Position numbers and translations under genes: made by a program | Assembly (NCBI GenBank): GCA_951406725.2 | Contig: OX597827.1 | Coordinates: 24,056,001-24,120,000 of the forward strand | Length of the DNA stretch: 64,000 nt | Direction of reading: 5' to 3' | Source: Octopus vulgaris | Lineage: Eukaryota | Shown here: in pieces, positions 38,496 to 50,361 of the stretch | Position numbering within the stretch: the first letter of the stretch is position 1 | Layout of the letters: the number at the start of each line of letters is the position of its first letter | Notes under the pieces: model-generated | Told to the model about the DNA's origin: nothing | The model's input: only the letters and a program-made list of their open reading frames with translations | Databases searched by the model: none

Positions 38496-40057
38496 ATACA
38501 TACACTAAGTATATGGAGGAGGAGACAGATACACAGCCATCCATTGACTGACTCATCCCAGCTGTATTTCGCTTAAACTACAACCACACGATTCATGTTG
38601 TCATCATGTATACATGGGTTTTGTGAGTGTGTTTGTGTGTGCGCATATACGACAGAGCTTGAGTGTGTGTGCTCATAAATAAGTGAGGGTTGTCACTCAC
38701 TGACGGATAATTCTTGTCATGAAAAGTCGAACTATACGACCTTCTCAGGCATGGAACGGCGAAGGAACATCTTATACACAAATGCATTAAGAAAAAAAAT
38801 CAGTCAGAATAACGCACCATGATCGTAAAATTGTTCGTTTAATGCCCAAACAGAAAAGAAAATGCCTAACGTTTCGGACGTGGGTCCTTCATCAAAACGA
38901 AAAGGAAAGAGGGAAGAAATATTAAAAAATTAAAATTAAGAGGGTGGAGAAAGAGGAAAAGTATTTAGCAAGGTGAGCGATAGCTGCTTCATAAAGTGAG
39001 TGAATGTATGTATCATTGGTGGATGGATGTCTATGTGGGTGGGCATGGTGCATATGTGCATATCTTGATGTGCAAATATGCATTGTTTTAGCTTGTCAGT
39101 GGATGTATATGTGTATGTGGGTGATGTGTGCGATTATCTGTGTTGGGTATATGTGTACAGTTTAAGTGTATTTGCACAGTATGGGTGGCTATGTGTATGT
39201 GTGGGTGCAGGGTCTGTATATGCATGAGAGAGAGAGAGCATGTGTACATTTGCATCGGAATGATATGGATGTTATGCACACAAGTTGGAATATTTTGGGA
39301 ACCATCATCATGCATTTATACTGCACTGTACATGTGCAATTTAAAATGCATTTCTTGTTTGTACATGGACTGTGAGTGTCCAAGTATGCACAGATGTGAG
39401 AAAATTTTTGCTCTACAAGGGAGGAGAAACAAAAACAACAAAAAGTAAGAATGGGTGCAGCTGTGGCTGTGTGGTAAGAAGCTTGCTTCCTAACCATATG
39501 GTTCCAGATTCAGTCACACTGTGTGGCACCTTAGTGTCTTCTACCAAAGTCATGTGACTGGATTTAGCAGATGAAAACTGAAAGAAGCCCGCTGTGTGTG
39601 TGCGTGTGTTTGTCCCCCACCATCACTTGACAACTGGCATTAGTGTGTTTACATCACCATGACTTAGTGATTCAGCAACAGAGATCGATAAAGTGCCAGG
39701 GTTGATTCATTTGATTAAAATTCTCCAAAGCGGGGCCACAGTCTAATGACTGAAATGAGCAAAAGATAAAAGGAAGGAAACAGATGATGCAGGGGCACTG
39801 GAATCTGGAGGAGGACAAAAAGTGGTTTGATTGTAATTGTGGAATGAGTATCCAAGGGCCACAATGGCTGAGCAGGTAGAAGAGGGAGTGCTTGTGTATG
39901 AAAGTGGACAATGGAGGGCACTGTTTAGTATAGGCAGCTATGCAGTTGTATGTATTTGTGTTGTGTGAACTCTTCAGCATTCAGTTAACTCCTCCATCAA
40001 ATGTAATCCTTGTTTATTCACATCGTTTGGAATTAATCACACGTTATCTTATAGCTT

Positions 40058-40426
40058 AGGTGCAGATGTGGCTGTGTGGTAAGAAGCTTGCTTCCCAACT
40101 ACATGGTTCCAGGTTCAGTCCCGCTGCGTGGCACCTTGGGCAAGTGTCTTCTACTATAGCTTCGGGCCAACCAAAGCCTTGTGAGTGGATTTGGTAGGGG
40201 GAAACTGAAGAAAGCCCATCATGTGTGTGCGTCTGTGTTTGTCCCCCCAACATCACTTGACAACCAATGTTGCTGGGTTTTACATCCCCGTAACTTAGCG
40301 GTTCAGCAAAAGAGACCGATAGAATAAGCACTACGCTTACAAAGAATAAGTCCTAGAGCCGAATTGTTCAATAAAAGGCGATGCTCCAGCATGGCTGTAG
40401 TCAAATGAGTGAAACAAATAAAAGAA
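40058..40426 (+). mobile_element. SINE family A copy
   Basis: Full head-core-tail matching the 46802 copy. Confidence 0.8.
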
Positions 40427-41402
40427 TAATTCCAATGATGTGATTGCATATTTTTAGAATGACATTGTAGGATAAGTATGAGAGGCCAAATCTGGTCAGT
40501 CTGAACTTAAAACAGGCTGAAGACTTAAGCATTGCCCTTCTTCTATCAGGTTCTCTTTTGCCAAACCATCAAGTTACAGAAAGACCAGAAATTTCGTGTG
40601 AAATGCATCAGGATTTAGAAAGATAGTGAAGATGTGCTGAATGCTTACACAACAGGTTTATACTATGTATGGTACAAAGAAAAGAAATTACATTTGACAA
40701 AAAATGGGAAATGAAGAGCTGACTAAAAGCTTTATGTAGACCACTGTATATATCAACATCATAATCATTTAATACCCATGTTGGCATGGGTTGGGCGGTT
40801 TGACAGGATTCGACAGGTCTGGTCAAGGGCTGCATTGAGCTCCAATGTCTGCCTTGGGATGGTTTCTACAGCGAGGTGCTCATACATATGTATCATTTAT
40901 TTGGTTAACATTGTGTTTTTCAAGCTAGTATGGATTTGATGAGGACTTATTTGAGTCAGTAGTTTAGCTGTTTTATTTCAGTGGTCTTTTGGAAGTGCAG
41001 TGCAAGCACTCTTAATGAGAACATGGAATGTAAACATCACTTCACCATTTTGTTCAAATGGTGACAAGTAAAGTTGTTGAATGTCAACATCTACAAACAT
41101 ATGTACATATACATGCATATGTGTGTGTGTGTGTGTATACAAAATATTGGGGTTTAGTTCACAGGTGGTCTAAATGACTAGGTACACTGGGCTCCAAGGT
41201 TATAGCGGAGATGGTAGTTATGGAGCCATTGTATATTTCTGATATAGCGGATATGTAATTGGTAAAGAGGACAACAAACATTAAGACAAGACAGAAAATC
41301 CCGTACTCTGGGATATCCCAGAAACAGCTGTAAGACTTCAAATTTTCCCAATTTTGACTTGAGATGTTTGTTTTGCCTTAATGTTTAGTGTCCTTAATTT
41401 CA

Positions 41403-41411
<9 letters not shown>

Positions 41412-41435
<24 letters not shown>

Positions 41436-41650
41436 GGTATTTTTATATATGTTTAATGCTTATGGCGATCACCATGCAATGACTAAGGAAAATAGTTTAA
41501 TAAAGGGGCATATAAGCCCTAAACAGGAAAGCCTTCTTTTTTCTGTCGAGGGCTTATATGCCCCTTTATAAGACTATTTTCCTTAGTCATTGCAGGGTGA
41601 TCGCCATAAGCTTTAAGCTTATATAAAAATACCATTATTATTATTATTTA
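41412..41650. repeat. Foldback palindrome flanked by (TAA)n/(TTA)n
   Basis: GGTATTTTTATATA...ATAAGCCCT pairs with AGGGCTTAT...TATATAAAAATACC. Confidence 0.9.
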
Positions 41651-41899
41651 CAGGATTGTAAATCACAGGACCATAATAAAAAGCCATTCGCACCAAAAGC
41701 ATATGTTTATACATATACACATATGTATGTATGTATGTATAAGAGACTGGAAAGAAAATCATTCTACATTTTTGACATGACCACTTTGAGGGTACTTTCC
41801 CAATATTTACAGTAACTTTATATCATAGTGGTTGAATATATATAGATTTTACTCTTTTAAATTGAGTTTAGACCAGATCCCTATCAGACACTGCAAGCT

Positions 41900-42810
41900 G
41901 TATGAATTCTAAAGGGCTCTTCAGCAATGGAAGCAGTCAAAAATATTTGTTTTATCCATGGAAATGAAGCTTTAAGTGTTCAGACATGCCAATGATTGCT
42001 TGGCCAGTTTCACTCAAGAAATTTTTCTATCAGATTCCCCTTGGACTGGATGACCAAATTCTGTGAATATTGAACTTCTGAAAACCATAGTTGAGGAAAA
42101 TCAAAACAAAAGTGCATGAGAATTAGTAAAACCATTCAAGTTGCACTTCAATCATAAGATACTATCACATATTAGGAAAACCGTCTAAACATGGGGACTC
42201 TCACTGTTTGACTGTTTTTCATCTTAATCAAAGATTATCAATGAAGAGTAGATTTATTACTGAACCTTTCCTAGATAGAACAATCACAAATGATGAAAAG
42301 TGGTTTCTTTATAATCATATTCAACAAAACCTGACAATGGTTAGCACTGAATGAAAAAGGACACTCCATCCCCAAACCAGGACAACACCCCAAAATAGTT
42401 ATGTCTGGTGTTTTGGTGAGATATGAAGGGTGTCGTGTATCACAGAGTCTTAAACCTAAACAAAGCAGTAAATATGGAGGAGTATTGTTGCTAACTGGAA
42501 ACATTGCACCAAAATTTGAAGAAAAAGAATCCATTATTAGCCAATCAAAAACAAAAAGGTGTTGCTTTTGCATGATAATACAAGACCACATATTGCACAA
42601 ACCACTTTGGTAAAGCATACGGCGCTGAATATGGATGGTTTGCCTGATCTTCCTTATTCTCCAGACCTTGTTCCATCTGGCTATCTTCTTTTCAGATCAT
42701 TGTTTTAGAGGGAAAACAGTTTATAAGTTGTGGAGAGGTTAATAATGCTGTTGAGTGTTTCTTTGATACAGAACCTGAAAAAATTTATGCTTGGGGAATC
42801 AACAATTTGC
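41900..42810 (+). pseudogene. Old, heavily decayed mariner transposase
   Basis: Remnant motifs PFLDRTITNDEKWFLY (~42264..42312) and PYSPDLVPSGYLLFRSL (~42652..42702); many stops; ends not resolved. Confidence 0.75.
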
Positions 42811-43355
42811 CAGTGAAGAATTTGTTTCTCTTCACATCTGGAAATGTAACAGGACATTCTTTCCAAATATACATACACACACAGGGTCATATATACATAC
42901 AAAAATCATCAGGTGCAGCCACAGCTGTTAAGCTTATTTTGGACCATATGGTTTCAGGTTCGGTCCAACTGTGCGGTACCTTGGACATGTTGGCCAATAA
43001 AAGCCTTCAGAGTGAAAAAGAAACCCAACTATGTCATTATCAACATCACTTAATATTCGTTTTCATACTGGAATGGGTTGGACAGTTTGACAAGAGCTGA
43101 CAAGGCTGGAGGACCATACCAAGCTCTGTGGTCTGTTTTTGGCATGGTTTCCATAGCTGGGTTCCTTTCCTAATGCCAACCACTTTACAGTGTACTGGGT
43201 ATTTTTTGTGTGGCCCCAGCATCAGTAGGGTCACCAAGTAATTTGCAAGACAAAGATCCCCTCGAATGGTGTGAGGAGTAGTACTGAGGGAAGTGGCTTT
43301 AAAAAGAATTATAGAGGAGTATAGAGAGGTGTCTTTCTGTAGGAGAGAGGTGTGA

Positions 43356-43386
<31 letters not shown>

Positions 43387-43390
43387 CACA

Positions 43391-43628
43391 CAGGGTGGCC
43401 CAAAAGTAGCTTTACAGTTATCATGTAGGCACTTAAAGTTTCTTTTTTAAAACATTTCATTACATTTAAATTTCTATCTTAGAAACTAAAACTGGAACTT
43501 GACAAAATTAACTAAATTAGCATAGAATAATGGTTTCATATTTTTTTTATAATTAAGATCTAAGCTGTTAATATATGATTGCAAAAGAAATAGTTGAATA
43601 ACTGTAAACCTACTTTTGGGCCATCCTG
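43391..43628. mobile_element. Tc1/mariner MITE
   Basis: About 31-bp TIRs CAGGGTGGCCCAAAAGTAG.TTTACAGTTAT / ATAACTGTAAACCTACTTTTGGGCCATCCTG, followed by TA. Confidence 0.75.
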
Positions 43629-45592
43629 TATGTGTGTGTGCATATATATATGTATATATAAAGAGACAGAGAGAGAGAGAGAGAAAGAGAGGGCCCTCTT
43701 GTCTTGGCAGCGTGCAATGGTGGTAAAAAAAGTGTTGTTGTTCACTTCCATTCTTTCATAAAAAACATATCTGAGCATGAGAAATATTACCATGCCTACG
43801 AAACAGGTATGGGTTAGCAACAGGAAAGGCATCTGGCTGTAGGAAATCTGCCTCAACCAATTCCATCTGACCCATTGCAAGCATGTAAAAGTGAATACTA
43901 AATAATGGTAATAACGATGAAGATGATGAATCATTTAACCCTCAGCTTGTATGCTGACATGGACTGGACGGTTTGGAGTTGAAAGACTGTCATGCTTCAA
44001 GGTCTACTTTGGTAATGGTTTCTACAGATGAACATCCTTCCTAATGCACCTGGTACACTCTCTTACAGCAAGTACTGGGTACTAATGAAGAATAACTTGC
44101 AAGGCTAAGGGCCTAAAGTGGACCCTATAACTAAGGGAGAATAGAAGAGAAAGGGCACAACAATTCTCATGGGGTGGTGAGAAAATAAGATTTATAGTCA
44201 CGATAGGGTAGAAATGAAGAGCAGTATTAGTTATGGGGAGGGGTGCGGCAGGGAACAGGGGGAAAGGGAAAGAATTAGTGTCAGAAAAGGCAGGTCAAAG
44301 TGGAAAGGTGACAGGATGGATTGGGGCAAGTATGGGTGGAAGGTATGGGGAAAAGGAGACAAAAACTGAGGAATAGGCAAAGGTGGAGAGGAATCCTGAA
44401 ACATTTAAGGAATAAGGAAAGAAATGTGTGAAGATTGTAGGGTAGAGCAGAGGGCTGAGGCAGAGAAACCAGAGGGAAAGGTGTGGTTGTGAGAGAAGAT
44501 GAGTGAAGAGTGAGTGCAATGATACCAAGGAGGGAAAGCGAAACTGGAGGGTATGTGAGAAGTAGAAAGAAGCATCAAGATGGAGAGGTAGTAGAGAGAA
44601 GAACAGGAGAAAACAGTGGGTGGGTGGTGCAAGTGCAGGGGTAAAAATGATAAAGAGGTATCCAAGATGTCTAGGGACAGGTAGTGAGATAAAGGCATAA
44701 AGCAGTGTTGGATGTCAATGGGATAATCCAAGAAGGATTGTGCTTGTTGGTAGGACAACATGCTGAATGCAACAAATGAGATGGAGGGGTGGCTATGAGT
44801 AATGAAAAGAACGGAATCATAGTGGAGGGAGTGAATGTAAGGGTGTGGAGGGGAATTAAGGTGGGCTTCATAATGAGTGTGTGTATATATATATATACGT
44901 ATGTGTGTGTGTGTATGTATGTATGTATGTATATGGCACATAAAAAGCACCATTCAAGTGTAATTGTTGCCAGTGCAGCCTTGACTGGCTCCCATGCCGG
45001 TGGCACATAAAAAACACCATTTGAGCGTGGTCGTTGCCAGTGCCGCCTGACTGGCTCCAGTGCTGGTAGTACATAATAAGCACCATTCAAGCATGGTCGA
45101 TACCAGTACCACCTAACTCACCCTCATGCTGGTGGCATGTAAAAAGCACCCACTACACTTTCGGAGTGGTTGCCGTTAGGAATGGCATCCAGCTGTAGAA
45201 ACTTTGCCAGATCAGATTGGAGCATGGTGCAACCTCCTGGCTTGCCAGCCCTCAGTCAAACCGTCCAACCCATGCCAGCATGGAAAGCGGACATTAAACG
45301 ATGACGATGATAATATATATATATATATATCCTTTATCTTTTACTTGTTTTAGTCATTTGACCACGGTCATGTTTGGACACCGCCTTGAAGGGTTTTAGT
45401 TAAACAAATCAACCCCCAGGACTTTTTTCTGTTATTTTTAAAGTCTGGTACTTATTCTCTTGGTTTCTTTTGCTGACCTGCTAAGCTGCAGGGACAAACA
45501 CACCAACAACAGTTGTCAAGTGGTGGTGGGAGACAAATACAGACACAAAGACACACACATATATATGTATGCATATATGTATGTATATGTGT

Positions 45593-45701
45593 ATATTTAG
45601 CAGAAGCAGCAGAGTGACTCAAGGTCCAAGAGTTTCATGTATTGGCACTAAACACACAAGACTCTCAGACTTTGAGTCACTCTTTTGCTTCTGCTAAATA
45701 T
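45593..45701. repeat. Short foldback palindrome
   Basis: ATATTTAGCAGAAGCAGCAGAGTGACTCAAGGTC pairs with GACTTTGAGTCACTCTTTTGCTTCTGCTAAATAT. Confidence 0.85.
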
Positions 45702-45702
45702 T

Positions 45703-45915
45703 CTTTTCTACTCTAGGTACAAGGCTGGAAATTTTGGGGGAGAGGGCCAGACGATTAGATTGAACCCAGTACGCAACTGGTACTTAATTTATTGACCCCG
45801 AAAAGATGAAGGGCGAAGTCAACCTCAGTGGAATTTGAACTCAGAACGTAAAGACAGATGAAATACCGCTAAGCATTTCGCCCGGCGTGCTAACTTTTCT
45901 GCCAGCTCAAAGCCC
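45703..45915 (-). mobile_element. tRNA-derived Nin/Deu-domain-like SINE (family B), representative copy
   Basis: Head GAGCTGGCAGAA...GAGTTCAAATTCC, core (GC)CTTCATC.TTTCGGGGTC.ATAAATTAAGTACC, 17-bp TSD TGCTTCT(G/A)CTAAATATT. Other copies at about 4122-4330, 7410-7957 (three), 8355-8476, 9358-9581, 18278-18502, 33013-33230, 35090-35470, 58042-58267, 61580-61795. Confidence 0.75.
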
Positions 45916-46007
45916 TGCTTCTACTAAATATTAATAGAAATATATATATACTCAGTTCTATTTTCCCTGTTTGCACCAACATACCTATATATATATATAT
46001 ATATATA

Positions 46008-46296
46008 CATACAAAAATTCTATAATTATAAGCATAATTATAATTAGGGTTCAGCAAAAATTGCTTCACCACATACCGAAATTTAGAAATAGCAGTTCAA
46101 TACTATTCCACTACCATAAGATATCTCCCAGACAGCAATACTCTCAACTCACACAGGTAGTTGAGAGTATTACTATCTGGGAGATATCTTATGGTAGTGG
46201 AATAGTATTTGACTGCTATCTCTAAATTTCGGTATGTGGTGAAGCAATTTTTGCTGATCCCTAATTATAATTATGCTTATAATTATAGAATTTTTG

Positions 46297-46300
<4 letters not shown>
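46008..46300. repeat. Near-perfect palindrome, 142-bp arms, 9-nt loop, in (TA)n
   Basis: Arms 46008..46149 and 46159..46300; loop CACACAGGT. Confidence 0.95.
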
Positions 46301-46337
<37 letters not shown>

Positions 46338-46801
46338 AGAATTCACAAAAAATACAAAAGACAAAGACAGGTGGTGTAGACAACAAATAGATGTATTAGT
46401 ATAATGCTCGGGAATTGAAAAAGTCTTTAACGTTTCGAGCCTACACTCTTCCACAGAAAGGAACACAGAAAGAAACAAGGAGAGAGAAAAAAAGTGTGTG
46501 TAGTGGCTACCAATCACATACACATACAACAGGCTTCTTTCAAATTCTATCTACCAAATCCACTCACAAAGGCTTTGGACAGCCTGAGGCTATAGTAGAA
46601 GGCACTTGCTCAAGGTGTCACATAGTGGGACTGAACCTGGAACCATGTGGTTGGGAAGCAAGCTTCTTATCACACGACAATGCCTGCAATACATATATAT
46701 GTATGTATATATGTGTGTATGTATGTATTTTCTTAAAGATAATATTCACATGAAGGTGCATTTTGCCATAAGTGGACAGGTAATCTATAACACCACATAT
46801 A

Positions 46802-47202
46802 GGTGCAGGAGTGGCTGTGTTGTAAGTAGCTTGCTTACCAACCACATGGTTCCGGGTTCAGTCCCACTGCGTGGTACCTTGGGCAAGTGCCTTCTACTAT
46901 AGCCTCGGGCCGACTAAAGCCTTGTGAGTGGATTTGGTAGACAGAAACTGAAAGAAGCCCATCATATATATATATATATATGTACGTATGTATGCGTGTG
47001 TTTGTGTTTATCCCCCCAACATCGCTTGACAACCAATGCTGGTGTGTCTACGTCTCTGTAGCTTAGCGGTTTGGCAAAAGAGAACGCCAGAATAAGTACT
47101 AGGCATCCAAAGAATAAGTCTTGGTGTCAATTTGTTCGATTGAAGGCAGTGCTCCCGCATAGCCGCAGTCAAATGACTGAAACATGTAAAAGAATAAAAG
47201 AA
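46802..47202 (+). mobile_element. tRNA-derived CORE-like SINE (family A), representative full copy
   Basis: A-box/B-box head (GTGGCTGTGT.GTAA...GGTTCAGTCCC), ACCTTGGGCAAGTG core, internal (TA/TG)n, tail ending GACTGAAACA.GTAAAAGA. Other copies at about 3260-3612, 6660-7042(-), 18238-18862, 21682-22102(-), 27308-27660, 28828-29281(-), 30055-30410(-), 35476-35842, 39455-39770, 40058-40426. Confidence 0.8.
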
Positions 47203-47224
47203 TATGGACAATCAATATAGTCCT

Positions 47225-48250
47225 TTTTCGTCTCCTCCATGTGATGCAACATCCTCAGATCAGCCTTTACCACTTCATCTGAAGGTTTCCCTCTTCCACA
47301 GATTGCACCAATTTAAAGTGCTTAGCACTTTTGTATGCAACCAATTTCCCACCCACCCATGCGTCCTGCTCTCTTGTACCCTATACCTTGATTCCTCTAA
47401 ATTCATTTCTACCCTGGCATTCATGTACACCAACATTACACATCCACTGAAGCACACTAGTTTCATTTCTTTATCATCTTTGCAAGTCTTCTGGCCCTCA
47501 TTCAAGGCCCTCATCCAGTATTGCAGACCTTTGTCACCAGCAGTGGTAATGGCTCCCTGAACTTTTCCCAACCAATTCCAACTTTAGCTACCATACTTTC
47601 AAAATAATCACCTCCCTTGCAAATTATGACTCCTAAGCAACAGAGGCTATCGACAACTACTTATGAGTCATCTGAGCATTTAAGAGAATCTATTTCCGGT
47701 GTGCTCTCAGTATGTATTGCTCCAATGCATCTGTCAAATATGAAACCTACCTTCCCCACTGCACTTTGTATGTCCGTTGCTTACACAGGATGCAGTATAT
47801 GAGGTTTACACCAACTCTTTTTCTGTATACTGAGCAAAGCCATTCCCTTGATCATACCAGAAACCCCATCTTCTTTCCAACTTACAAAAACCTTAGTCTT
47901 TGCTAAGTTTACCTTGAGACCTCTTAATTCTAGGTTTAGCTTCCCTGCCCATTATTTCCTCTCTAATTTCAATAAAAATTCAACAATGAGGACTAAACTA
48001 GCTGCATATAGGAGTTTCCATGGACAGCTAATCTTAAATCCTTCTGTTATGGTCTGCACAACTAAGATAAACAGGAAAAGATTAAATCTTAAAGGACCCT
48101 GCCTTTACATTACACTAGTCACTGAAATTATTATTGACACTCTTCCCTTGGCTGGATCTTTGTAAAAGGCTTGTACAGCCCACACAAGCCATTTATCTAC
48201 ATTTTTTTTCTTAGTGACCCCCATTTAATAAACGTGGTAACCAGCCAAAG
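47225..48250 (-). mobile_element. RTE-clade LINE RT fragment
   Basis: Minus strand LFILVVQTITEGFKISCPWKLLYAASLVLI (degenerate YADD region) plus C-terminal RTE motifs. Confidence 0.7.
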
Positions 48251-49125
48251 GCCTTTGCCAAATCAGAGAATGCTAGACATAATGGTTTACACTATGCGTT
48301 ATATACATACACATACATAGGTATCTACAAACACATGCATCTATTCGTACACAAGCATTCGTATACACATAAATATATACTTACACCCACATACACATAT
48401 TCAGAGATACATATATTTACATATACATACTTGTACACACACAATGCCGTTGCCCCAGTATGGTCACTGCCGACAAGGTGGAACAAGGAAATGAATATGT
48501 AGGTGTATGTGTGTGCGCCCATATTCTTTATCAGTCCAAGCACATCGGTCCATCCAGCCAAGCAGACCTGCCACTTGGGCCACAAGGTGATTACTCAGTG
48601 ACAGTGCATTACTAGCTCCGAGACCAAGACTCCTGCTTTTCAACCTAGTCTTGGGATCGACATTGTCATTTGTCTGATAAGCGAATGGAGATCACACCGG
48701 TTTGTGCGGTGTGTGAGAAGGAATAGAAGAAAAAAAATCGATTCCGGTACTTGACAGTACTTTATTTTATTGACTTCTAAAAGGTTGAAGAGAAAAGCTG
48801 ACCCCGATAGAATTTGAAACCAGAACAGAAAGCGTTATCACTAAAATACAGCAATCTAATAAACTACGAAAACGAATGAAAATACATTTCACCACACACA
48901 CACACACTCATCTTGATCACACAAATTGCAAAAGTTCAGTGTAAACAGAAATGACAGCAAACACAGTCCAAACAGTTTAATTGACAAGTGGTAAGATCAG
49001 AGGCATTCTTGAGTGATTGCGGTTCCATTCTAAGATTGTTTACTTAGGTTTACATTTAGTGCACGTACAAACGATAGATAGATAGATAGAGTTCAGAAAA
49101 TACTGATACTGGCAGATGTATAGAC

Positions 49126-49185
<60 letters not shown>

Positions 49186-49564
49186 TATAAACATACAAAT
49201 AAATACATATTCACGGATACACATACATACACACACTGTTCTACGTGCCTCGGTTCGCGTATCGACAGAGGACATAACCAATTCTTACGAGAATGTCACC
49301 TGTAATATTTTGCTGGAGTCCTTCTAATCAGGAAGAGATTCGGTCTCCACCTACTCAAAGCCAACTAAATCCTATGCTAAGCGCCAGCTCGAAATTATAT
49401 CCCTGGGGCCCTCGGGAGAGGGGGTGCTATCATTGCGTGTGACTACGTAATGTCTGTGTGGGAGGGTTCCATCCAGTAGGATGGAAATAAGAGAGTGAAA
49501 TAAAGGAAATACAAAAGGCTCGAGTTATACATCTCGCACCCTTTACTATATTACATACACACAC

Positions 49565-49616
<52 letters not shown>

Positions 49617-49921
49617 GAATCGAAATTTTTGAGTTTTCCTAGAAAATTTTGTTAAGTTCCTTTATCACAGAAAACACAGCTGTGTAGAGTGCAAGTAACA
49701 TAACGAAGGTTCGTTTACGATGTGGGAATAAAAAAAATAGGAAACGAAAGAAAACGAGAGAAATAATGCCAGATGTCAGCCCTCATTTTTGACTTCTTGA
49801 CTTGATGCGACCGTCTGGAGAGATGGTGGGGGAGGAAAACGGAGGTGGAAGAATTTTTCCCAAAGGTGACCGAACCAATGCAAGACATGATACGGCATTA
49901 AAATAGGGAAGTGTGTCTATA

Positions 49922-49970
<49 letters not shown>

Positions 49971-50361
49971 TTTTTAAAGGATGTGTTGTGTAAGTATATA
50001 ATTGGATATTGTGAAGGAGAGAGAGAGAAAAAGACAAATATTCAGGGACACGCAAATGGATTTATAGACAGACATATATATATATATATATATTGTGAAG
50101 GAAAGAGAAAGACAAATATTCAGAGAGACACAAATGGATTTATAGATAGACAGATAGATAGATAGACAGATAGATAGATAGATAGATAGACATAACGAGA
50201 CTAATAGACAGTGCGATAAATAGTAATAGACAAGCACACACACAGTCAATCGAACAGCAATTACATATACACATATAGCGATATATTAATTGAAAGCTGC
50301 TTTGAAAGAGAGGTGATGGATGTGAGCGTGATCGGATGCGGTGAGGGTGATTGTCACTTAC

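Larger units (their letters stand above)
9193..50361 (-). other. Intron 1 of attractin-like gene (41,169 bp), transposon-filled
   Basis: Bounded by GTAAGT donor and tttcag acceptor. Phase-2 junction restores DHCLGRQN-LISMTG, colinear with known attractin EGF-to-CUB linker. Confidence 0.8.

Noticed and set aside
44405-45090. 182-aa and 139-aa minus-strand ORFs
   Set aside because: Purine-rich low-complexity strand bias plus repeat sequence suppresses stops; no domain.
46802-46880. tRNA gene
   Set aside because: The A/B-box head runs straight into SINE core and tail in many copies, and no intact cloverleaf is evident.
50005-50150. Short tandem duplication (~85 bp) in intron 1 near exon 1
   Set aside because: An ordinary slippage-type duplication among microsatellites, with no sign of function.
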